64,000 bases of DNA. Origin: the human T2T-CHM13v2.0 reference genome, Homo sapiens. The stretch is from the NCBI RefSeq assembly GCF_009914755.1, contig NC_060938.1; one strand, 5' to 3'. Shown here in pieces: positions 54,501-64,000 of this stretch; position 1 is the stretch's first letter; every line of letters begins with the position of its first letter. A model generated the notes under the pieces. It did no database searches and had not been told where the DNA came from. It was given only the letters and a program-made list of their open reading frames with translations. Position numbers and translations under genes: made by a program.

Positions 54501-57500
54501 ATGTTCAACTCTGTGACTTGAATGCAGACATCACAGAGCAGTTTCTGAGAATGCTTCTGTCTAGATTTTATAGGAAGATATTCCCGTTTCCAACGAAATC
54601 TTCACAGCTATCCAAATATCCACTTGCAGATTCTACAAAAAGAGTGTATCAAAACTGCTCTGTCAAAAGGAAGGTTCTTCTCTGTTAGGTGAGTGCATAC
54701 GTCATAAAGGAGTTTCTGAGAATGTTTCTGTCTAGTGGTTATGGGAAGATATTTGCTTTTTCACCGTAGGCCTCAGAGCGCTCCAAATATCCACTTGCAC
54801 ATACTACAAAAAGAGTGCCTCAAAGCTGCTCTCTGAAACGGAATGTTCAACTCTATGAGTTGAATGCAAACATCGCAAAGACGTTTCTGAGAATGCTTCT
54901 GTCTAGATTTGATATGAAGATATTCCCGTTTCCAACGAAATCTTCAAATCTATCCAAATGTCCACTTGCAGATTCAACAAAAAGTGTTTTTCAGAACTGC
55001 TCTATCAAAAGAAAGATCCACCTCTGTTAGCTGAGTTCACACATCACAAACAAGTTTATGAGAATGCTTCTGTCTAGTTTTTATTTGAAGATATTTCCTT
55101 TCTCACCATAGAGCTGAAAGCTGTCCTAATGTTCACTTCCAGATACTACAGAAAGAGTGTTTCAAAACTGCTGTACGAAAGGGAATGTTCAACTATGTGA
55201 CTTGAATGCACACATCACAAAGAAGTTTCTGAGGATGCTGCTGTCTACTTTTTATACGTAATCCCGTTTCCAACGAAATCCTCCAAGCTATCCAAATATC
55301 CACTTGCAGATTCCACAGAAAGACTGTTTCAAAACTGCTCTGTCAATAGAAAGGTTCAACTCTGTTAGCTGCGTGCATATATCCCAAAGAAGATTCTGAG
55401 ATTGCTTCTGTCTAGTTTTTATGGGAAGATATTTCCCTTTTCACCGTAGGCGTCAAGGCGCTCCAAATGTCCACTTCCAGATACTACAAAAAGAGTGTTT
55501 CAAACCTACTCTGTGAAAGGGAATATTCAACTCTGTGACTTGAATGCACATATCACAAAGAAGTTTCTGAGAATGCTTCTGTCGAGATTTTATATGAAGA
55601 TATTCCCGTTTCCAACGAAATGCTGAAATCTATCCAAATATCCCCTCGCAGATTCTACAAAAAGAGTGTTTCAAAACTGCTCTGTGAAAAGAAAGGTTCA
55701 ACTCTGTTAGTTGAGTACACACATCACAAACAAGTTTCACAGAATGCTTCTTTCTAGCTTGTAGGGGAAGATATTCCCTTTATCACCATGGGCCTCCAAC
55801 CGTCCGAAACATCCACTTCCATATACTACAAAAAGAGCGTTTCAAACCTGCTCTATGAAAGGCAATGTTCAACTCTGTGACTTGAATGCAGACATCACAG
55901 AGCAGTTTCTGAGAATGCTTCTGTCTAGATTTTATAGGAAGATATTCCCGTTTCCAACGAAATCTTCACAGCTATCCAAATATCCACTTGCAGATTCTAC
56001 AAAAAGAGTGTATCAAAACTGCTCTGTCAAAAGGAAGGTTCTTCTCTGTTAGGTGAGTGCATACGTCATAAAGGAGTTTCTGAGAATGTTTCTGTCTAGT
56101 GGTTATGGGAAGATATTTGCTTTTTCACCGTAGGCCTCAGAGCGCTCCAAATATCCACTTGCACATACTACAAAAAGAGTGCTTCAAAGCTGCTCTCTGA
56201 AACGGAATGTTCAACTCTATGAGTTGAATGCAAACATCACAAAGACGTTTCTGAGAATGCTTCTGTCTAGATTTGATATGAAGATATTCCCGTTTCCAAC
56301 GAAATCTTCAAATCTATCCAAATGTCCACTTGCAGATTCAACAAAAAGTGTTTTTCAGAACTGCTCTATCAAAAGAAAGATCCACCTCTGTTAGCTGAGT
56401 TCACACATCACAAACAAGTTTATGAGAATGCTTCTGTCTAGTTTTTATTTGAAGATATTTCCTTTCTCACCATAGAGCTGAAAGCTGTCCTAATGTTCAC
56501 TTCCAGATACTACAGAAAGAGTGTTTCAAAACTGCTGTACGAAAGGGAATGTTCAACTCTGTGACTTGAATGCACACATCACAAAGAAGTTTCTGAGGAT
56601 GCTGCTGTCTACTTTTTATACGTAATCCCGTTTCCAACGAAATCCTCCAAGCTATCCAAATATCCACTTGCAGATTCCACAGAAAGACTGTTTCAAAACT
56701 GCTCTGTCAATAGAAAGGTTCAACTCTGTTAGCTGCATGCATATATCCCAAAGAAGATTCTGAGATTGCTTCTGTCTAGTTTTTATGGGAAGATATTTCC
56801 CTTTTCACCGTAGGCGTCAAGGCGCTCCAAATGTCCACTTCCAGATACTACAAAAAGAGTGTTTCAAACCTACTCTGTGAAAGGGAATATTCAACTCTGT
56901 GACTTGAATGCACATATCACAAGGAAGTTTCTGAGAATGCTTCTGTCGAGATTTTATATGAAGATATTCCCGTTTCCAACGAAATCCTGAAATGTATCCA
57001 AATATCCCCTTGCAGATTCTACAAAAAGAGTGTTTCAAAACTGCTCTGTAAAAAGAAAGGTTCAACTCTGTTAGTTGAGTACACACATCACAAACAAGTT
57101 TCACACAATGCTTCTTTCTAGCTTGTAGGGGAAGATATTCCCTTTATCACCATGGGCCTCCAACCGTCCGATAAGTCCACTTCCATATACTACAAAAAGA
57201 GCGTTTCAAACCTGCTCTATGAAAGGCAATGTTCAACTCTGTGACTTGAATGCAGACATCACAGAGCAGTTTCTGAGAATGCTTCTGTCTAGATTTTATA
57301 GGAAGATATTCCCGTTTCCAACGAAATCTTCACAGCTATCCAAATATCCACTTGCAGATTCTACAAAAAGAGTGTATCAAAACTGCTCTGTCAAAAGGAA
57401 GGTTCTTTTCTGTTAGGTGAGTGCATACGTCATAAAGGAGTTTCTGAGAATGTTTCTGTCTAGTGGTTATGGGAAGATATTTGCTTTTTCACCGTAGGCC

Positions 57501-60500
57501 TCAGAGCGCTCCAAATATCCACTTGCACATACTACAAAAAGAGTGCCTCAAAGCTGCTCTCTGAAACGGAATGTTCAACTCTATGAGTTGAATGCAAACA
57601 TCGCAAAGACGTTTCTGAGAATGCTTCTGTCTAGATTTGATATGAAGATATTCCCGTTTCCAACGAAATCTTCAAATCTATCCAAATGTCCACTTGCAGA
57701 TTCAACAAAAAGTGTTTTTCAGAACTGCTCTATCAAAAGAAAGATCCACCTCTGTTAGCTGAGTTCACACATCACAAACAAGTTTATGAGAATGCTTCTG
57801 TCTAGTTTTTATTTGAAGATATTTCCTTTCTCACCATAGAGCTGAAAGCTGTCCTAATGTTCACTTCCAGATACTACAGAAAGAGTGTTTCAAAACTGCT
57901 GTACGAAAGGGAATGTTCAACTATGTGACTTGAATGCACACATCACAAAGAAGTTTCTGAGGATGCTGCTGTCTACTTTTTATACGTAATCCCGTTTCCA
58001 ACGAAATCCTCCAAGCTATCGAAATATCCACTTGCAGATTCCACAGAAAGACTGTTTCAAAACTGCTCTGTCAATAGAAAGGTTCAACTCTGTTAGCTGC
58101 GTGCATATATCCCAAAGAAGATTCTGAGATTGCTTCTGTCTAGTTTTTATGGGAAGATATTTCCCTTTTCACCGTAGGTGTCAAGGCGCTCCAAATGTCC
58201 ACTTCCAGATACTACAAAAAGAGTGTTTCAAACCTAGTCTGTGAAAGGGAATATTCAACTCTGTGACTTGAATGCACATATCACAAAGAAGTTTCTGAGA
58301 ATGCTTCTGTCGAGATTTTATATGAAGATATTCCCGTTTCCAACGAAATGCTGAAATCTATCCAAATATCCCCTCGCAGATTCTACAAAAAGAGTGTTTC
58401 AAAACTGCTCTGTGAAAAGAAAAGTTCAACTCTGTTAGTTGAGTACACACATCACAAACAAGTTTCACAGAATGCTTCTTTCTAGCTTGTAGGGGAAGAT
58501 ATTCCCTTTATCACCATGGGCCTCCAACCGTCCGAAACATCCACTTCCATATACTACAAAAAGAGCGTTTCAAACCTGCTCTATGAAAGGCAATGTTCAA
58601 CTCTGTGACTTGAATGCAGACATCACAGAGCAGTTTCTGAGAATGCTTCTGTCTAGATTTTATAGGAAGATATTCCCGTTTCCAACGAAATCTTCACAGC
58701 TATCCAAATATCCACTTGCAGATTCTACAAAAAGAGTGTATCAAAACTGCTCTGTCAAAAGGAAGGTTCTTCTCTGTTAGGTGAGTGCATACGTCATAAA
58801 GGAGTTTCTGAGAATGTTTCTGTCTAGTGGTTATGGGAAGATATTTGCTTTTTCACCGTAGGCCTCAGAGCGCTCCAAATATCCACTTGCACATACTACA
58901 AAAAGAGTGCTTCAAAGCTGCTCTCTGAAACGGAATGTTCAACTCTATGAGTTGAATGCAAACATCACAAAGACGTTTCTGAGAATGCTTCTGTCTAGAT
59001 TAGATATGAAGATATTCCCGTTTCCAACGAAATCTTCAAATCTATCCAAATGTCCACTTGCAGATTCAACAAAAAGTGTTTTTCAGAACTGCTCTATCAA
59101 AAGAAAGATCCACCTCTGTTAGCTGAGTTCACACATCACAAACAAGTTTATGAGAATGCTTCTGTCTAGTTTTTATTTGAAGATATTTCCTTTCTCACCA
59201 TAGAGCTGAAAGCTGTCCTAATGTTCACTTCCAGATACTACAGAAAGAGTGTTTCAAAACTGCTGTACGAAAGGGAATGTTCAACTCTGTGACTTGAATG
59301 CACACATCACAAAGAAGTTTCTGAGGATGCTGCTGTCTACTTTTTATACGTAATCCCGTTTCCAACGAAATCCTCCAAGCTATCCAAATATCCACTTGCA
59401 GATTCCACAGAAAGACTGTTTCAAAACTGCTCTGTCAATAGAAAAGTTCAACTCTGTTAGCTGCGTGCATATATCCCAAAGAAGATTCTGAGATTGCTTC
59501 TGTCTAGTTTTTATGGGAAGATATTTCCCTTTTCACCGTAGGCGTCAAGGCGCTCCAAATGTCCACTTCCAGATACTACAAAAAGAGTGTTTCAAACCTA
59601 CTCTGTGAAAGGGAATATTCAACTCTGTGACTTGAATGCACATATCACAAGGAAGTTTCTGAGAATGCTTCTGTCGAGATTTTATATGAAGATATTCCCG
59701 TTTCCAACGAAATCCTGAAATCTATCCAAATATCCCCTCGCAGATTCTACAAAAAGAGTGTTTCAAAACTGCTCTGTAAAAAGAAAGGTTCAACTCTGTT
59801 AGTTGAGTACACACATCACAAACAAGTTTCACAGAATGCTTCTTTCTAGCTTGTAGGGGAAGATATTCCCTTTATCACCATGGGCCTCCAACCGTCCGAA
59901 ACATCCACTTCCATATACTACAAAAAGAGCGTTTCAAACCTGCTCTATGAAAGGCAATGTTCAACTCTGTGACTTGAATGCAGACATCACAGAGCAGTTT
60001 CTGAGAATGCTTCTGTCTAGATTTTATAGGAAGATATTCCCGTTTCCAACGAAATCTTCACAGCTATCCAAATATCCACTTGCAGATTCTACAAAAAGAG
60101 TGTATCAAAACTGCTCTGTCAAAAGGAAGGTTCTTCTCTGTTAGGTGAGTGCATACGTCATAAAGGAGTTTCTGAGAATGTTTCTGTCTAGTGGTTATGG
60201 GAAGATATTTGCTTTTTCACCGTAGGCCTCAGAGCGCTCCAAATATCCACTTGCACATACTACAAAAAGAGTGCTTCAAAGCTGCTCTCTGAAACGGAAT
60301 GTTCAACTCTATGAGTTGAATGCAAACATCACAAAGACGTTTCTGAGAATGCTTCTGTCTAGATTTGATATGAAGATATTCCCGTTTCCAACGAAATCTT
60401 CAAATCTATCCAAATGTCCACTTGCAGATTCAACAAAAAGTGTTTTTCAGAACTGCTCTATCAAAAGAAAGATCCACCTCTGTTAGCTGAGTTCACACAT

Positions 60501-63500
60501 CACAAACAAGTTTATGAGAATGCTTCTGTCTAGTTTTTATTTGAAGATATTTCCTTTCTCACCATAGAGCTGAAAGCTGTCCTAATGTTCACTTCCAGAT
60601 ACTACAGAAAGAGTGTTTCAAAACTGCTGTACGAAAGGGAATGTTCAACTCTGTGACTTGAATGCACACATCACAAAGAAGTTTCTGAGGATGCTGCTGT
60701 CTACTTTTTATACGTAATCCCGTTTCCAACGAAATCCTCCAAGCTATCCAAATATCCACTTGCAGATTCCACAGAAAGACTGTTTCAAAACTGCTCTGTC
60801 AATAGAAAGGTTCAACTCTGTTAGCTGCATGCATATATCCCAAAGAAGATTCTGAGATTGCTTCTGTCTAGTTTTTATGGGAAGATATTTCCCTTTTCAC
60901 CGTAGGTGTCAAGGCGCTCCAAATGTCCACTTCCAGATACTACAAAAAGAGTGTTTCAAACCTACTCTGTGAAAGGGAATATTCAACTCTGTGACTTGAA
61001 TGCACATATCACAAGGAAGTTTCTGAGAATGCTTCTGTCGAGATTTTATATGAAGATATTCCCGTTTCCAACGAAATCCTGAAATGTATCCAAATATCCC
61101 CTTGCAGATTCTACAAAAAGAGTGTTTCAAAACTGCTCTGTAAAAAGAAAGGTTCAACTCTGTTAGTTGAGTACACACATCACAAACAAGTTTCACACAA
61201 TGCTTCTTTCTAGCTTGTAGGGGAAGATATTCCCTTTATCACCATGGGCCTCAAACCGTCCGATAAGTCCACTTCCATATACTACAAAAAGAGCGTTTCA
61301 AACCTGCTCTATGAAAGGCAATGTTCAACTCTGTGACTTGAATGCAGACATCACAGAGCAGTTTCTGAGAATGCTTCTGTCTAGATTTTATAGGAAGATA
61401 TTCCCGTTTCCAACGAAATCTTCACAGCTATCCAAATATCCACTTGCAGATTCTACAAAAAGAGTGTATCAAAACTGCTCTGGCAAAAGGAAGGTTCTTT
61501 TCTGTTAGGTGAGTGCATACGTCATAAAGGAGTTTCTGAGAATGTTTCTGTCTAGTGGTTATGGGAAGATATTTGCTTTTTCACCGTAGGCCTCAGAGCG
61601 CTCCAAATATCCACTTGCACATACTACAAAAAGAGTGCCTCAAAGCTGCTCTCTGAAACGGAATGTTCAACTCTATGAGTTGAATGCAAACATCGCAAAG
61701 ACGTTTCTGAGAATGCTTCTGTCTAGATTTGATATGAAGATATTCCCGTTTCCAACGAAATCTTCAAATCTATCCAAATGTCCACTTGCAGATTCAACAA
61801 AAAGTGTTTTTCAGAACTGCTCTATCAAAAGAAAGATCCACCTCTGTTAGCTGAGTTCACACATCACAAACAAGTTTATGAGAATGCTTCTGTCTAGTTT
61901 TTATTTGAAGATATTTCCTTTCTCACCATAGAGCTGAAAGCTGTCCTAATGTTCACTTCCAGATACTACAGAAAGAGTGTTTCAAAACTGCTGTACGAAA
62001 GGGAATGTTCAACTATGTGACTTGAATGCACACATCACAAAGAAGTTTCTGAGGATGCTGCTGTCTACTTTTTATACGTAATCCCGTTTCCAACGAAATC
62101 CTCCAAGCTATCCAAATATCCACTTGCAGATTCCACAGAAAGACTGTTTCAAAACTGCTCTGTCAATAGAAAGGTTCAACTCTGTTAGCTGCGTGCATAT
62201 ATCCCAAAGAAGATTCTGAGATTGCTTCTGTCTAGTTTTTATGGGAAGATATTTCCCTTTTCACCGTAGGTGTCAAGGCGCTCCAAATGTCCACTTCCAG
62301 ATACTACAAAAAGAGTGTTTCAAACCTACTCTGTGAAAGGGAATATTCAACTCTGTGACTTGAATGCACATATCACAAAGAAGTTTCTGAGAATGCTTCT
62401 GTCGAGATTTTATATGAAGATATTCCCGTTTCCAACGAAATGCTGAAATCTATCCAAATATCCCCTCGCAGATTCTACAAAAAGAGTGTTTCAAAACTGC
62501 TCTGTGAAAAGAAAGGTTCAACTCTGTTAGTTGAGTACACACATCACAAACAAGTTTCACAGAATGCTTCTTTCTAGCTTGTAGGGGAAGATATTCCCTT
62601 TATCACCATGGGCCTCCAACCGTCCGAAACATCCACTTCCATATACTACAAAAAGAGCGTTTCAAACCTGCTCTATGAAAGGCAATGTTCAACTCTGTGA
62701 CTTGAATGCAGACATCACAGAGCAGTTTCTGAGAATGCTTCTGTCTAGATTTTATAGGAAGATATTCCCGTTTCCAACGAAATCTTCACAGCTATCCAAA
62801 TATCCACTTGCAGATTCTACAAAAAGAGTGTATCAAAACTGCTCTGTCAAAAGGAAGGTTCTTCTCTGTTAGGTGAGTGCATACGTCATAAAGGAGTTTC
62901 TGAGAATGTTTCTGTCTAGTGGTTATGGGAAGATATTTGCTTTTTCACCGTAGGCCTCAGAGCGCTCCAAATATCCACTTGCACATACTACAAAAAGAGT
63001 GCTTCAAAGCTGCTCTCTGAAACGGAATGTTCAACTCTATGAGTTGAATGCAAACATCACAAAGACGTTTCTGAGAATGCTTCTGTCTAGATTTGATATG
63101 AAGATATTCCCGTTTCCAACGAAATCTTCAAATCTATCCAAATGTCCACTTGCAGATTCAACAAAAAGTGTTTTTCAGAACTGCTCTATCAAAAGAAAGA
63201 TCCACCTCTGTTAGCTGAGTTCACACATCACAAACAAGTTTATGAGAATGCTTCTGTCTAGTTTTTATTTGAAGATATTTCCTTTCTCACCATAGAGCTG
63301 AAAGCTGTCCTAATGTTCACTTCCAGATACTACAGAAAGAGTGTTTCAAAACTGCTGTACGAAAGGGAATGTTCAACTCTGTGACTTGAATGCACACATC
63401 ACAAAGAAGTTTCTGAGGATGCTGCTGTCTACTTTTTATACGTAATCCCGTTTCCAACGAAATCCTCCAAGCTATCCAAATATCCACTTGCAGATTCCAC

Positions 63501-64000
63501 AGAAAGACTGTTTCAAAACTGCTCTGTCAATAGAAAGGTTCAACTCTGTTAGCTGCGTGCATATATCCCAAAGAAGATTCTGAGATTGCTTCTGTCTAGT
63601 TTTTATGGGAAGATATTTCCCTTTTCACCGTAGGCGTCAAGGCGCTCCAAATGTCCACTTCCAGATACTACAAAAAGAGTGTTTCAAACCTACTCTGTGA
63701 AAGGGAATATTCAACTCTGTGACTTGAATGCACATATCAAAAGGAAGTTTCTGAGAATGCTTCTGTCGAGATTTTATATGAAGATATTCCCGTTTCCAAC
63801 GAAATCCTGAAATGTATCCAAATATCCCCTTGCAGATTCTACAAAAAGAGTGTTTCAAAACTGCTCTGTAAAAAGAAAGGTTCAACTCTGTTAGTTGAGT
63901 ACACACATCACAAACAAGTTTCACACAATGCTTCTTTCTAGCTTGTAGGGGAAGATATTCCCTTTATCACCATGGGCCTCCAACCGTCCGATAAGTCCAC

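Larger units (their letters stand above)
1..64000. repeat. Centromeric alpha-satellite HOR array, ~46.9 tandem copies of a 1,364-bp 8-mer in a single orientation
   Basis: Hallmark alphoid motifs (e.g. GTTCAACTCTGTGACTTGAATGCA, TTTCTGAGAATGCTTCTGTCTAG) recur every ~171 bp. The same artefactual ORF recurs exactly every 1,364 bp from 255 to 62999 (62,744 = 46 x 1,364). HOR copies differ at only ~1% of positions, while monomers within a unit are clearly more divergent. Confidence 0.99.

Noticed and set aside
255-63214. Recurring 71-aa and 65-aa + strand ORFs
   Set aside because: These are chance stop-free stretches of satellite monomers, repeated with the HOR. The 71-aa ORF starts at GTG. They have no recognisable domain or gene structure and are useful only as SNP read-outs.
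3799-63740. Singleton SNVs (e.g. 3799, 3914, 14760, 40797, 44777, 53259, 61483, 63740)
   Set aside because: Each is seen once, so they cannot be distinguished from ordinary point mutation or consensus error.
22-63804. CRISPR-like look of an invariant ~20-bp motif at regular spacing
   Set aside because: The motif is the CENP-B box. The intervening ~320 bp is itself repeated rather than unique spacer, and there are no cas genes.
893-63924. Cys-rich 95-aa - strand ORF with CxxC-like motifs, present in only about half of the units
   Set aside because: Its presence tracks one SNP (offset 1070 G vs C, which reads TAC vs TAG on the - strand). The CxxC pattern comes from TGTG-rich monomer sequence repeated every 57 codons. 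It is not a zinc finger or a phase-variable gene.
1-64000. Alternative assignment to other dimeric arrays (chr18, chr20, chr13/21)
   Set aside because: The strict 8-mer, the XbaI/TaqI pattern and the absence of any EcoRI site that I could see fit chr14/22 better. The A/B halves here differ by only ~1%. This is not formally excluded without a search.
1-64000. Hidden insertion (L1/Alu, viral or unique sequence) or inversion
   Set aside because: The constant 1,364-bp register and uniform CENP-B box orientation leave no room for one; none was seen on reading.

Overview
The whole 64 kb is one uninterrupted, head-to-tail primate (almost certainly human) centromeric alpha-satellite higher-order-repeat (HOR) array. 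It has about 46.9 copies of a 1,364-bp 8-monomer HOR. Monomers are ~171 bp (one interval is 167 bp), and CENP-B-box monomers alternate with pJalpha-type monomers (dimeric structure, most likely suprachromosomal family 2). The best fit is the chr14/chr22 active HOR (D14Z9/D22Z1); this rests on recall, not a search. There are no genes, RNA genes, transposons, CRISPR arrays, inversions or net indels, and every ORF in the track is a repeat artefact. I found no new gene-based biological system. The informative signal lies in the SNP pattern between HOR copies. Two linked HOR haplotypes (~13 diagnostic bases) mostly alternate to form a 2,728-bp 16-mer super-repeat. On top of this are nested 4,092-, 5,456- and 10,912-bp duplications, a sub-array boundary near 30 kb, several A/B mosaic units, and rare variants that copy the base found in a sister monomer. 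Convention: unit k starts at 1+1364*(k-1), and 'offset' is the position within a unit. All variants were read by eye, so lists may be incomplete.
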